Source of the DNA: Dehalococcoidia bacterium
Lineage (GTDB): Bacteria; Chloroflexota; Dehalococcoidia; GIF9; AB-539-J10
Assembly: GCA_034431195.1 (NCBI GenBank)
Contig: DAOUDP010000001.1
Location: 179,385-243,384 of the forward strand
Direction: 5' to 3'
DNA: 64,000 nucleotides
Numbering within the stretch: the first letter of the stretch is position 1; each line of letters begins with the position of its first letter. Positions 49,612 through 60,169 of this stretch are shown here, in pieces. The translations under genes were made by a program, and so were the position numbers. Below the pieces are notes generated by a model. The model ran no database searches. It was not told where the DNA came from and saw only the letters and a program-made list of their open reading frames with translations.

Positions 49612-49956
49612 TTAATCGACATCAATATACATGCGCAAGAGTGCCTGACACATTGCCCCCCCGGTGCCATCCCAGCGGAGGGTGGTGGTCATTCCCCCAC
49701 CAAGACCATGGTCAAGAACGATGTTCAAAGCCTTCATGTTATCCAAGGGATAAATATGCACATCACCCTTGCTCCACTCCTTGAAATGCTCCTGCAGTGC
49801 CTCGGGGGTCACCTTCTTCCTTATCAGTTCATAAACCCTTTCGTCGAAATCAATAGCCTGCAAACCAATATTGCTCTTATCTCCCCTACCTCCAGAGCGT
49901 GCATAGCAAATATCCTTTAGTTGCACCTTACCCGCCTTTGGTATCTCTACTGCCAT
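49612..49956 (-). CDS. small protein partner of the AtuA-like protein (DUF4387-like)
   Basis: 114-aa ORF immediately downstream of the DUF1446/AtuA-like gene, the arrangement commonly seen for this pair. Confidence 0.4.
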   Translation of the reverse strand: MAVEIPKAGKVQLKDICYARSGGRGDKSNIGLQAIDFDERVYELIRKKVTPEALQEHFKEWSKGDVHIYPLDNMKALNIVLDHGLGGGMTTTLRWDGTGGAMCQALLRMYIDVD

Positions 49957-49968
49957 TCTGCCTCCTTC

Positions 49969-51354
49969 CTAGAGCTTGCTTTCCTTTATAGCTAATGCAG
50001 GATGGATTTCGCTCCTGGGGATAAGCGTTGGCCAGAAAGCTGTTATCCGAATGGGCGCTGGCGGAACATGCTGTCCAAATGGCAAGCCAGGAAAAATTGA
50101 CCAAACCCTTCCAAGCTCTTTCCTAAAGAACTCCGCCTCTTCACGAGTCTGCCACTTGGTAGCAAACCTTACTCCTATCTCAGGAATGTCCTTGCCATAT
50201 TTCCCCTCTATCTCATCTATGGAAACGGTGGGACCCAGACACATGTTAACACCGTCAATCTGGACCTCCCACTCTAAAGGATGCACATTAGCCCACTTAA
50301 GCCACTCTTGGAAATGCTTTTTGCACATTCTCACCTTCTCCAGAACATCAGGCCAGACAATGTGAACAGTTACATCAAACAGAAACCCACCATGAAAGCC
50401 TATTCCTACCTTCAGTTTGTCAGGTCTTGGTTTTCCAGTCATGTTGGTAATCCTTACCCTGTTCTGACCCACATCCTCAAGATGCAACGTCGTCAAATCA
50501 GCAATTCCATCGGGCATTATATAGTTTCGAGGGTCGAGAATCTCGTAGACCAATTGCTCCCTGATTGTTTGGCGGTTCACCAAACCACCCGTGTCAGGCG
50601 TCTTGGTGATTACCGCAGTACCATCCTCATTCATCTCGACAATAGGATAACCAGGATGCCAGGGCTCAGGAATCTCCCGCCATATGCTGCTCATCGCACC
50701 ACAACACGACCGGGAGGATTCAACTATGTGCCCCGCAGTTATGGCAGCGCCAATCTTGTTCCAATAAGGTTCCTTATATTCCCAGCCAAACTCATACATC
50801 ATTGGCCCAACGTATAAAGCGTTATCGGAGAACCTTCCTCCCACTATCTCATCACATCCCGCCTTAAGAGCCTCGATAATCTGGTCAGCACCGATGTAAG
50901 CATGAGCACCTATCACCTTGTCTTCGATGCTGGTAATATCCTCCTCACCAGTATCCGTGTTGGGGAATTTCATCCCTTCCTTTCGCAGCCTCTTTATAGT
51001 ATCAAGCACATCATCGCCAGTAACAACTCCCAGCTTCAAAGGCACTTCCAGCGCCTGAGCTATATACAATATCCCGTCAGCAACTATCTCGGGATTAGCC
51101 CCTCCCCCATTAGAAACAAGCCTGATGCCCTTCTTGATGGCGATGGGCAAAAGCCGTTTATTCCATTCCACAACATCGGTGGGATAACCTGAAAGAGGAC
51201 TCCTCTGCCGCAACCGATAAAGCAACGACATGGTAAATTCAGTGAGAAAATCGTAACATTGATAGTGCACATCAGCCTTCTCAGCCATTTCAACAGAAGG
51301 CTGGATAAGGTCGCCCCACATCATGCCACACCCACCTACTTTCACTGTTTTCAC
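49969..51354 (-). CDS. AtuA-like (DUF1446, acyclic terpene utilisation family) protein
   Basis: 461 aa with N-terminus MKTVKVGGCGMMWGD and overall AtuA-like architecture; assigned from memory of the family. Confidence 0.5.
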   Translation of the reverse strand: MKTVKVGGCGMMWGDLIQPSVEMAEKADVHYQCYDFLTEFTMSLLYRLRQRSPLSGYPTDVVEWNKRLLPIAIKKGIRLVSNGGGANPEIVADGILYIAQALEVPLKLGVVTGDDVLDTIKRLRKEGMKFPNTDTGEEDITSIEDKVIGAHAYIGADQIIEALKAGCDEIVGGRFSDNALYVGPMMYEFGWEYKEPYWNKIGAAITAGHIVESSRSCCGAMSSIWREIPEPWHPGYPIVEMNEDGTAVITKTPDTGGLVNRQTIREQLVYEILDPRNYIMPDGIADLTTLHLEDVGQNRVRITNMTGKPRPDKLKVGIGFHGGFLFDVTVHIVWPDVLEKVRMCKKHFQEWLKWANVHPLEWEVQIDGVNMCLGPTVSIDEIEGKYGKDIPEIGVRFATKWQTREEAEFFRKELGRVWSIFPGLPFGQHVPPAPIRITAFWPTLIPRSEIHPALAIKESKL

Positions 51355-51579
51355 ATTACACCCGCCCTATCAAATATTCGGGACACTCTACCTTGAACTC
51401 CAGAGTTTGTCAATCAAGCTGTATCTGTTCATAATGTAACCAACACGTGTGACCGAAATCACGATTCCCTTGCGCATGTTATAGCTATCTTTAACTTTGT
51501 CCAGTCAACCTCTCTTGACAAAGGGTGGGCTTGCTACATAAAATATAATAGAACTGAATAAGTGAAAGGCTGCGAACAG

Positions 51580-51835
51580 GACTAGTACAGTCTGAGGCGG
51601 AGTTTAGAGAGTCGGGTAAGGTGTAAGCCGATACTTGCGCAAGACTGGAATGGACCTGGGAGCTGCAAACCGAAAGGCTACAAGGCTGAGTAGGCTTTGT
51701 CGGTAGGGCACCGTTAGAAGCCCAGGGTATCGCTCTCAAGTTGAGCTGTATCCGAGAAGAGATAGTCGTAAGACTGAAATGGGGTGGCACCGCGAAGGTT
51801 AGGCCTCTCGCCCCCTGGCGAGAGGCCTTTTTATT
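51580..51835 (+). promoter_or_regulatory. T-box riboswitch leader (Trp-specific) upstream of trpB2
   Basis: Conserved T-box sequence AAATGGGGTGGCACCGCG at 51777-51794; UGG codons in the putative specifier region (ACUGGAAUGGA); followed by an intrinsic terminator. Confidence 0.7.
51801..51835 (+). terminator. Rho-independent terminator of the T-box leader
   Basis: AGGCCTCTCGCC-CCCT-GGCGAGAGGCCT followed by TTTTATT. Confidence 0.75.
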
Positions 51836-51938
51836 ATACTGAAGGAGGTTTAAGCATGTTCAATATTAAGACCTGGCGCCACGCCGGCGCCTGAATAGAA
51901 ACGGTGAAAATAAACAGACAATGAAAGGAGGTTAGAAA

Positions 51939-53300
51939 ATGGAAAGAACAAAATTCACCCTTGATGAAACAGAAATCCCTACTCATTGGTACAACATCCA
52001 GGCTGACTTGCCCAAGCCACTGCCACCGGTTCTGCACCCAGGTACTGGAAATCCAGTCACTCCTGACGATTTAGCACCCCTATTTCCCATGGAGCTGATC
52101 AAGCAAGAGGTGAGCACTGAGCGGTGGATTGAAATACCCGAGGAGGTGCGCGATGTATACCAGCTATGGAGACCGACAACGCTATTTCGGGCGCATAGAT
52201 TGGAGAAGGCTCTGGATACGCCGGCAAAGATTTTCTACAAATATGAAGGGACAAGCCCTCCCGGCAGCCATAAGCCAAATACCGCCGTAGCCCAGGCATA
52301 TTACAACAAGCAGGAAGGGATAAAGCGCATCAGCACCGAGACTGGAGCAGGGCAGTGGGGAAGTGCCCTATCCTTTGGTGGCGCCTGCTTCGGCGTTGAG
52401 ATCAAGGTCTATATGGTGAGGATTAGCTATGATCAAAAGCCTTACCGCAGAATAATGATGGAGACCTGGGGGGCGAAATGCGTGCCCAGCCCGAGTGAGG
52501 ATACCAAGGTAGGGCGAGATATGCTGGCAAAATGGCCTGATTGTCCCGGCAGCCTGGGTCTTGCCATTAGCGAGGCTGTGGAGGATTGTGTGACCCATGA
52601 TGACACTCACTACGCCCTGGGCAGCGTGCTCAACCATGTTCTGCTGCATCAAACTGTGAACGGCCTGGAGGCGAAAAAGCTGATGGAGAAGGCAGATGCC
52701 TACCCCGACATCATCGTCGGCTGCATTGGTGGAGGCTCAAACTTCGCCGGGCTATTTTTGCCCTTTGTCAAAGATAAAATTGATGGTACAAAGCCAGACC
52801 TGCGTGTCATCAATGTAGAGCCCATGTCTGCTCCCAGCGTTACCAAGGGACTATATACCTATGACTTTGGCGATTCAGCCCAGCTCACCCCCTTGATTAA
52901 GATGTATACCCTGGGACATAGCTTCATTCCACCCCCGATTCACGCTGGTGGACTGCGCTATCACGGGATGGCACCCATAATTTGCCATCTCCATCAATTA
53001 GGGCTTGTTGAAGCCAGGGCTGAGCACCAGCTTGCCACCTTCGAAGCGGGGGTGACCTTCGCCCGCACCGAGGGCATCATCAGTGCTCCAGAGCCATGCC
53101 ATAATATTAAGGTTGCCATTGACGAAGCCTTGAAATGTCGCGAGTCAGGCGAGTTAAAAACCATCCTGATAGCCCACAGCGGACATGGACATGTTGACAT
53201 GGCTGCCTATGATGCTTACTTTTCGGGCAAGCTCCAGGATTATGAGTATCCCGAGGATAAAGTAAAGGAGGCGCTGGCTGAGCTACCAAAGGTAGGCTAA
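51939..53300 (+). CDS. trpB: tryptophan synthase beta chain-like, TrpB2 family
   Basis: PLP-lysine motif GSHKPN; 453-aa long-form TrpB2-type length; downstream of a Trp T-box. Confidence 0.8.
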   Translation: MERTKFTLDETEIPTHWYNIQADLPKPLPPVLHPGTGNPVTPDDLAPLFPMELIKQEVSTERWIEIPEEVRDVYQLWRPTTLFRAHRLEKALDTPAKIFYKYEGTSPPGSHKPNTAVAQAYYNKQEGIKRISTETGAGQWGSALSFGGACFGVEIKVYMVRISYDQKPYRRIMMETWGAKCVPSPSEDTKVGRDMLAKWPDCPGSLGLAISEAVEDCVTHDDTHYALGSVLNHVLLHQTVNGLEAKKLMEKADAYPDIIVGCIGGGSNFAGLFLPFVKDKIDGTKPDLRVINVEPMSAPSVTKGLYTYDFGDSAQLTPLIKMYTLGHSFIPPPIHAGGLRYHGMAPIICHLHQLGLVEARAEHQLATFEAGVTFARTEGIISAPEPCHNIKVAIDEALKCRESGELKTILIAHSGHGHVDMAAYDAYFSGKLQDYEYPEDKVKEALAELPKVG

Positions 53301-53301
53301 C

Positions 53302-54075
53302 CTATAACACCACCCTCATATCTTCGTGGCCCAGGTTTACATCAGCTCCCAGCTCCTTAGCTACCTGGGCCACTTCTTGTTCAATTTCCTGCTCATGCAA
53401 AATAGCAATATGAATAACGATGACCTTTGGCAAATAACCTTTAAGTTGCTTGAACTGGATAAGCTCATCTTTTAACAATCGTGGAGTAAGATGCCCAGCT
53501 TTCCTGGCAAAATCTCCCAACATATTTGGAAGGGAAGACTCGCAGATAAGTAAATCTGGAGAAATATGCTCCCAGCAATCAGATAGTCCAGGACCGGTGT
53601 CACTGGTGTAAAACAACTTTTTGCCCCTGGGGGAGGTAACTTGATAACCAACGGTGGGGGTATTATGTTTTACCGGTAACGCCAAAATCTTGTATCCTTG
53701 CATATTTGCTTCCTTATATGTCTCAATAGTCTCGAACTGAAGTACGGGTCTTTTTTTGGAGGGATATTCAAGCAGATTAGCATATATCTTGCCATCAAGA
53801 AGGCATGGAATAACAACGTTTAGCGTTTCAGATAGAGCATAGACTTTAACTTGCCCATCCCATAAAGCAGCATTGTAACCAAGAGTGACTAAATCCCGTG
53901 TGTGGTCAAAATGATGGTGAGTAAGCAATACAGCCTTGATTTTTTCTTGCTCGGCTAAAGAAAGAGTGGAAGTAAGCCCGCCGGCATCTATAGCTAACAC
54001 ATCACCGAGCAACAATGAAGTTAGGCAAGCCCCTCTAGCTTCGTTGCTATGGGCACCTAAGATTCGTAGTTCCAC
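53302..54075 (-). CDS. MBL-fold metallo-hydrolase (RNase Z/phosphodiesterase-like)
   Basis: LTHHHFDHTRD (HxHxDH). Confidence 0.7.
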   Translation of the reverse strand: MELRILGAHSNEARGACLTSLLLGDVLAIDAGGLTSTLSLAEQEKIKAVLLTHHHFDHTRDLVTLGYNAALWDGQVKVYALSETLNVVIPCLLDGKIYANLLEYPSKKRPVLQFETIETYKEANMQGYKILALPVKHNTPTVGYQVTSPRGKKLFYTSDTGPGLSDCWEHISPDLLICESSLPNMLGDFARKAGHLTPRLLKDELIQFKQLKGYLPKVIVIHIAILHEQEIEQEVAQVAKELGADVNLGHEDMRVVL

Positions 54076-54107
54076 TATTAGTCTGCTTCCGACTGCAAAG
54101 ATGGTTT

Positions 54108-54458
54108 CTAGTAACTTACAACCTTACTGGTGGCATTATAAAATTGCTGCCATTCGCTTAATTCCTCAGCTAGAATTTGATGCCCTTTTTCAGTTAACAC
54201 ATAGCATCTCCGCTTTTGCTTCCGGGTAACCTGCTGCCACGTGCTCAACACCAACCCTTCCCGTTCCAAGCGGCGTAGTGCTGAGTAAATGGTGCTCCCT
54301 CCAAATTTGAAGTAACCTCTGCTCCTCTTATCTAACTCCTTGGCAATGTGATAGCCATACGTCGGCAACTCTCTGATAACGAGAAGCAACAAAGGTTCTA
54401 CAACACCCTTCAAAAGCTGCTCCAAATATAGTTGAGTCATTTTATAGTACTTTACCAC
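54108..54458 (-). CDS. PadR-family transcriptional regulator
   Basis: LLLLVIRELPTYGYHIAKELDKRSRGYFKFGGSTIYSALRRLEREGLV winged helix of the PadR type. Confidence 0.8.
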   Translation of the reverse strand: MVKYYKMTQLYLEQLLKGVVEPLLLLVIRELPTYGYHIAKELDKRSRGYFKFGGSTIYSALRRLEREGLVLSTWQQVTRKQKRRCYVLTEKGHQILAEELSEWQQFYNATSKVVSY

Positions 54459-54529
54459 CTATCCTTAAATAAGTCACATAACAGGAAAACTTGTCCAAAC
54501 TAGGCTAGAGTAATAAAATTAAGTTTGTA

Positions 54530-55600
54530 ATGCGTGGTAAATTCAAATACATCTCCCTTTTTCTAGCGACGTTAGCTTTAATTCTGCTGAGCGTAACTGG
54601 CTGCACCGCGCCCGAAGTATTCACTCCCCCTCCCCCCAGCAATGCCACCGAAACAATTGAGCCCAATTGGGCTTTCCCTACCACATACAATCAATCAAGC
54701 GCCTTGTTGCCAAGCTTCTCCGCTGTAGTGACAAAGGTGAAACCTGCAGTAGTTTCCGTAACTACAGAGGTAGCTAAAGGCTCTGGATTCGTGATTGACG
54801 GAGAGCAGGGATATATCGCTACCAATGAGCATGTGGTTGCCAACGCTCAAAATATTGAGGTAACCATGGATAATGGCGAGACATTTTCCGCCAATGTAGT
54901 GGGCGAAGATGCGCTGACTGACCTAGCAGTGATCAAGGTTGACGCTAGCGATTTACCCTACACTTACCTGGGCAATTCCTCCTCGCTAGCAGTAGGGGAA
55001 TGGGTGCTGGCTATTGGGAATGCCTTTGGCATGGGTTTGAGGGTAACCGAAGGAATTGTAAGTGGATCAAACGTCACCATAACCCTATTATCCGGGGAGA
55101 AGCTCTATGCCCTGATCGAAACTACGGCAGCGATCAATCCCGGTAATAGTGGCGGACCACTGGTGAACATGAAAGGCGAAGTGGTAGGCATTACCAGTGC
55201 CAAGATCCTTGGGGCAGAAAACATGGGTTACGCCATAAGCAGCAGTATCGCCAAGCCAATCATTGAAGATTTAATCCGCCAGGGCTATATAATTCGCCCC
55301 TGGTTGGGAGTGCAAATCCAGACTTTGGACTGGTTCACCGCCTGGCTCAACAAGCTTTCGATTGATGGGGGAGCGTCAATTACAGAAGTGGTTCCTGGTA
55401 GCCCAGCGGAGGCCGCTGGATTAAAGAAGGGAGATATAATCACCAAGTTCCAGGACAAAGAAATTGATACCGCTCGGGCATTGCAGGAAGCGATACACGA
55501 TTGCTATATTGGTGAAAAAGTAGAGATAACTTTTGTGAGAGGGGGAAGTACTGGCACAACCCACGCCGTTCTAGAGCAAAGCCCACCGCCATGGAGCTAG
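54530..55600 (+). CDS. HtrA/DegP-family trypsin-like serine protease with a PDZ domain; likely lipoprotein
   Basis: Signal plus lipobox-like LSVTGC; catalytic His (ATNEHVV), Asp, and GNSGGPL serine motif; C-terminal PDZ. Confidence 0.8.
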   Translation: MRGKFKYISLFLATLALILLSVTGCTAPEVFTPPPPSNATETIEPNWAFPTTYNQSSALLPSFSAVVTKVKPAVVSVTTEVAKGSGFVIDGEQGYIATNEHVVANAQNIEVTMDNGETFSANVVGEDALTDLAVIKVDASDLPYTYLGNSSSLAVGEWVLAIGNAFGMGLRVTEGIVSGSNVTITLLSGEKLYALIETTAAINPGNSGGPLVNMKGEVVGITSAKILGAENMGYAISSSIAKPIIEDLIRQGYIIRPWLGVQIQTLDWFTAWLNKLSIDGGASITEVVPGSPAEAAGLKKGDIITKFQDKEIDTARALQEAIHDCYIGEKVEITFVRGGSTGTTHAVLEQSPPPWS

Positions 55601-58600
55601 TCAACCTTACTAACAGCCAACAAAACATCGCTATTTGAGATGCGATGCTTTTCAACATAAGCACCTTCAGGCGGTGAACCCTCAGTAAGCTCCAGAGATA
55701 AGGTCTCTTGCTTGATATAGCCAGCAAAATCCTTCATCACCCTCGTAATATCTTCTTCTCCTTGATAGTAGGTAGCAATATGGTCGGCAACATCAAATCC
55801 GGCAGCACGACGCATAGTCTGGATATGACGCACGATTTCCCTGCTTGCTCCTTCATCTTCAAGCTGGGGAGATAACCTTGCATCTATAGCTACCCAATAT
55901 TTTCCATCATTAGCCACAGCATGGTAAGGCATGTCTTCCAAGAGCGTGTCCTTAACAAACTCCAGTTCCTTAACATTTATCTCATCCATGACATCAGCGG
56001 CAGACTTCTCCAAAGCACCCCTTTCGCTTCCCTGCGTTAATGTAATAATTGCTTTAGCCAATGGTTGCCGTACCTTGATGCCCGCTTTAGCTCGTGCCGC
56101 CCTGCCCAGACTGGCTATCTTCATTGCTAATCTAACCTCACCGTCCAACCTGTCATCAATTTTAGCTTCATTTGCCAATGGGAAACCAGTCAGATGCACA
56201 CTTTCGGGAGCTTGCTGATCTGCAGAACAAATCAGGTTTCGGTAAATTTCCTCAGCAATGAAGGGGACAAACGGAGCCAACAGCTTCGATAAGGTTACCA
56301 AACACTGGTATAGGGTGTTATAAGCAGCTAACTTATCGGCATCTTCTTCGCTTTTCCAAAATCGTCGCCTGCCCCTCCTTACATACCAGTTGGAAAGCTC
56401 GTCCACAAAATTCCCGGCTCTACGTGCCGCTGAAGTAAAGTCATAATTATCTGACGCCTTGGTCATATCAACGATAAGCCGATTGAGCTCCGAGATAATC
56501 CAGTTATCCAGGTGAGAAAAAGACAGATTCTTTTCCCCCTCCTGAGGAACAAAATGGTCAATATTAGCGTAAAGAACAAAAAAGGAATAGATATTCCACA
56601 AAGTAAGCAGATCTCCCCGCATTGTCTCAGCTACCATTTGCGTGGAAAAACGATGGACACTTTCTCCGGGCGCTGCGGTAAGCAAGTGCCAACGAAGCAC
56701 ATCAGCACCATAGTTGTCCACCACCATCCAGGGATCAACAACGTTATTCTTAGACTTGCTCATCTTTTCGCCTTGAGCATCCACGATATGCCCTAAACAG
56801 ACAACATTCTTAAAACAAGGACGGTCGAACAGCAGCGTGGATATAGCATGCAAGCTATAAAACCAACCACGAGTTTGGTCAATGGCTTCACAAATAAAAT
56901 CAGCAGGGAAATTCTGCCCAAATTCTTCTCTATTTTCAAAAGGATAATGCCATTGGGCTATGGGCATAGCTCCGGAATCAAACCAACAGTCAATTACCTC
57001 AGGAACGCGCCGCATTACACCGTTGCATCCAGGACAAGCAAAAGTGATCTCATCTACATAAGGACGATGCAAATCACTCAAAGCTTTCAGCTGATAGCTG
57101 TCAGCTGTCAGTTTTGACCTTGTCTTTAGTTCCTCAACGCTACCTACGCAGTCAAGATTACCACAGGATTCACATCGCCAAATATTCAACGGCGTCCCCC
57201 AATAGCGCTCCCTGGAGATAGCCCAATCGACGTTGTTTTCCAGCCAATCACCGAAGCGACCATACTTGATATACTCAGGATACCAGTTTATCTCATCATT
57301 ACCACCAGTAAGCCTATCTTTTACTGCCGTTGTTTTGATATACCACGCTTCCTTAGCATAATAAAGAAGAGGAGATTCACATCGCCAGCAAAATGGGTAG
57401 GTATGAACAATTCTGTCACTGCGATAGAGCAAACCGCGAGATTTAAGGTCTTCAAGGATAAGAGAGTCGGCATCTTTCACAAACTTGCCAGCGAAGGGAT
57501 AGGTGCCCTGTATGATACCCTGCAAATCAACATAATCTCGCACGAAATCGAGGCCATTATCCTCACCCGCCTTGAAGTCCACCTCGCCAAAAGCCGGTGC
57601 ACTATGGACGATGCCGGTGCCCTCGTCTAGGGAGACGAAGTCAGCATCGATAACCGGGAAGGATAAATCCTTGTCCTCTGGCTGAATTTCAAGAGCCATA
57701 CGCCATGTGCTTGCCTCTTCGTAATACTGCCTAAACCGTCCCCTTTCTACACCATATTCATGTGGATTGAATAGCGGTTTGTATCTCAACCCTTTTTGGA
57801 CGCCTGCGAGGTCTACCCCCTTGACCCTATCTACCTCACGATAGCCCTCAAGCCCTACCTTACCCACAAGGATCGAAGCCATGATAAGGTAGTTATCCTC
57901 TCCCTCCATTACTGAATATTCAGCATCTGGTGCCACCGCCAGGGCGGTATTACCAGGCAGTGTCCACGGAGTAGTTGTCCACGCTAAAAAATAGGCGGGC
58001 TTACTTGAAAAGAGATTAGAAAGCCGTTCCAGTGCTTCAGAACGTGGCAATGATGATGGGACAACCTTGAACTTTATGTAAACCGAAGGGTCATCAACCT
58101 CCTCGTAACCCAAAGCTACTTCGTGAGAGCTAAGAGATGTCCCACACCGGGGACAATGCGGCGTTACCTTATATCCCTGATAAATAAGCCCTTTGTCCCA
58201 CAATTGCTTTATCGCCCACCAGCAAGATTCAATATAGCCATTATCCAGTGTCACATAGGGATTCTCCATATCCAGCCAATAACCAATACGCTCAGTCATT
58301 ACCTCCCATTCCTTGATATACTTGGAAACGCTTCCCCGACACTTCTGGTTAAACTGGGCTATCCCGTATTCTTCAATTTGAGCCTTGCTGGTAAATCCAA
58401 GGGTATTCTCCACCTCCAACTCCACAGGCAGACCATGGGTATCCCATCCAGCCTTGCGTGGCACGTAATAACCTTTCATCGTTTTATACCGGCAGACAAC
58501 ATCTTTAAATAGACGGGAAAGCACATGATGGATCCCCGGGCTGCCATTAGCCGTAGGTGGACCTTCATAAAAGACGTACCTCCTCGACCCTTCCCTCACC

Positions 58601-58698
58601 TCAACACTTTTGTCAAAGATCTTGTGTTCCTTCCAATAACGGAGAATATCTTTTTCCAGTTGAGGGAAGTCTATTTTACTATTGACCTTTTTGAACAC
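55597..58698 (-). CDS. ileS: isoleucyl-tRNA synthetase (type 2, about 1033 aa)
   Basis: PPTANGSPGIHHVLS (HIGH-type) and KMSKSKNN (KMSKS) motifs; CP1 editing domain; zinc-binding cysteines. Confidence 0.95.
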   Translation of the reverse strand: MFKKVNSKIDFPQLEKDILRYWKEHKIFDKSVEVREGSRRYVFYEGPPTANGSPGIHHVLSRLFKDVVCRYKTMKGYYVPRKAGWDTHGLPVELEVENTLGFTSKAQIEEYGIAQFNQKCRGSVSKYIKEWEVMTERIGYWLDMENPYVTLDNGYIESCWWAIKQLWDKGLIYQGYKVTPHCPRCGTSLSSHEVALGYEEVDDPSVYIKFKVVPSSLPRSEALERLSNLFSSKPAYFLAWTTTPWTLPGNTALAVAPDAEYSVMEGEDNYLIMASILVGKVGLEGYREVDRVKGVDLAGVQKGLRYKPLFNPHEYGVERGRFRQYYEEASTWRMALEIQPEDKDLSFPVIDADFVSLDEGTGIVHSAPAFGEVDFKAGEDNGLDFVRDYVDLQGIIQGTYPFAGKFVKDADSLILEDLKSRGLLYRSDRIVHTYPFCWRCESPLLYYAKEAWYIKTTAVKDRLTGGNDEINWYPEYIKYGRFGDWLENNVDWAISRERYWGTPLNIWRCESCGNLDCVGSVEELKTRSKLTADSYQLKALSDLHRPYVDEITFACPGCNGVMRRVPEVIDCWFDSGAMPIAQWHYPFENREEFGQNFPADFICEAIDQTRGWFYSLHAISTLLFDRPCFKNVVCLGHIVDAQGEKMSKSKNNVVDPWMVVDNYGADVLRWHLLTAAPGESVHRFSTQMVAETMRGDLLTLWNIYSFFVLYANIDHFVPQEGEKNLSFSHLDNWIISELNRLIVDMTKASDNYDFTSAARRAGNFVDELSNWYVRRGRRRFWKSEEDADKLAAYNTLYQCLVTLSKLLAPFVPFIAEEIYRNLICSADQQAPESVHLTGFPLANEAKIDDRLDGEVRLAMKIASLGRAARAKAGIKVRQPLAKAIITLTQGSERGALEKSAADVMDEINVKELEFVKDTLLEDMPYHAVANDGKYWVAIDARLSPQLEDEGASREIVRHIQTMRRAAGFDVADHIATYYQGEEDITRVMKDFAGYIKQETLSLELTEGSPPEGAYVEKHRISNSDVLLAVSKVD
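57080..57111. repeat. 32-bp element copy inside ileS (reverse complement)
   Basis: AAAGCTTTCAGCTGATAGCTGTCAGCTGTCAG is the exact reverse complement of 1254-1285. Confidence 0.85.
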
Positions 58699-58701
58699 AA
58701 C

Positions 58702-59334
58702 TTAGCTCTGTTTAGGTGAAATAACTACTTTCCTATCCTCACCAACACCTATACTATGAGTTACCACTTCAGGATGCTCAGCCAAGGCGAGGTGGATGAT
58801 GCGCCGTTCACTAGCAGGCATTGACTCCAAAGTTATAGCACGCTGTCTTAATTTAACCTGTTCCGCCAAGTGCAACGCTAATTCCTGAAGTGCGCTACGT
58901 CGCCGTTCCCTGTATCCACCAACATCGATAGAAAGTGGCTGCCAATTCGCTAATCGTCCAGCTACTATAAGTTTAACAATGTACTCCAAAGAGGCTATGG
59001 TTTGCCCATGACGTCCAATCAAAATACCCAAATCATCGCCTTTGATATTGAAAGTCACCGGTATTTGGTCAGGCAGAACTTCAACCTCAGCTGTTACCTC
59101 TAATAAATCAAGTAACTTATCCAGAATCTCTCTGGCTATCTCAACTAAATCCTCCTCCGCTGGAGGTAAAGGCTTCACCCTGATTACAGCCTCTTCAGCT
59201 CCTATACCCAGAATCCCTGACTTCCCTTCATTAACAACCTCTACTTCAAATTGGTCTCGCTTCATCTCAAGTCGCCTTTCCGCTTCCTCCAGCGCTTCCT
59301 CAACCGTGCCTGCAACTATCTCCAGCTCCTCCAT
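58702..59334 (-). CDS. jag: Jag/KhpB RNA-binding protein (Jag_N + KH + R3H)
   Basis: R3H motif IIHLALAEHPEVVTHSIGVGEDRKVVI; position next to yidC. Confidence 0.8.
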   Translation of the reverse strand: MEELEIVAGTVEEALEEAERRLEMKRDQFEVEVVNEGKSGILGIGAEEAVIRVKPLPPAEEDLVEIAREILDKLLDLLEVTAEVEVLPDQIPVTFNIKGDDLGILIGRHGQTIASLEYIVKLIVAGRLANWQPLSIDVGGYRERRRSALQELALHLAEQVKLRQRAITLESMPASERRIIHLALAEHPEVVTHSIGVGEDRKVVISPKQS

Positions 59335-59409
59335 ATTTTAACCTCCCCTTTGAGTAATTCACCACAGTATTGAATTGCCTTAAGGCTGTTTTGATGATGC
59401 TGCTTTAGT

Positions 59410-60156
59410 CTACCGCCTTAATGGCAACTTAGGCAAAGCACCACGGCCCAGGTACCCCCACCCAGTAACTAAATACTGAATTACAATGCCAATCACATTG
59501 GAAACTGCCCAAAAAAGAGCCAAACCGCTGGGAAACATCAAGGTAAAGAAAGCAAACATAAATGGCATCATTAACTGCATCATGCTATTCATCGACTTCT
59601 GCCTCGGGTCAACCGTGGGAGCAGTTACCATCTTCTGTTGTACCCACATTGAGCCACCAACTATAACAGCTAGAATCATGGTGCCGTCAGGCACTCCTAA
59701 ATTGAGCCACAGGAAATGGCTATCTAGCGGAATAGCCCGAGTCACTACCTCCCAGGAGTAAAGATGCCGAAATAAATCTAACAGGCTTTCGGGAGTAGTA
59801 GCTAAAGCCCTCATGATAGATTGATAGAGGGCAATCCACACTGGAAATTGAACCAGCATTGGCCACAAACAACCCAGCGGATTGACTCCAGCCTCTTTAT
59901 AAAGCTTCATCATCTCCTGCTGAAGTTTTTGCTGATTTTTACCATGTTTCTTCTGTAATTCCTGGATTTTAGGTTGCATGCCTTGCAAAGCCTTGGTGGA
60001 TTTGAGTTGCTTCAAAGTAAGGGGCACGAGTATCAAACGAACTATGATGGTGAGCGCAATGATAGCCAGCCCAAAACTGCCATCTAAAACACTGGTCAGC
60101 GCAACCAACCCATTGAGCATCGGGTTGAGGATAATTAAATTCCACAGGTCAGCCAT
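59410..60156 (-). CDS. yidC: membrane protein insertase YidC (short form)
   Basis: 248-aa polytopic protein with YidC/Oxa1 core ...IIVRLILVPLTLKQ...MQPKIQELQKKHG...; oriC-type gene context. Confidence 0.85.
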   Translation of the reverse strand: MADLWNLIILNPMLNGLVALTSVLDGSFGLAIIALTIIVRLILVPLTLKQLKSTKALQGMQPKIQELQKKHGKNQQKLQQEMMKLYKEAGVNPLGCLWPMLVQFPVWIALYQSIMRALATTPESLLDLFRHLYSWEVVTRAIPLDSHFLWLNLGVPDGTMILAVIVGGSMWVQQKMVTAPTVDPRQKSMNSMMQLMMPFMFAFFTLMFPSGLALFWAVSNVIGIVIQYLVTGWGYLGRGALPKLPLRR

Positions 60157-60169
60157 GACTATAAAACCT

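Noticed and set aside
51491-51790. 99-aa minus-strand ORF overlapping the trpB2 leader
   Set aside because: The region is better explained as the T-box riboswitch (conserved T-box sequence plus terminator). The ORF has no homology features.
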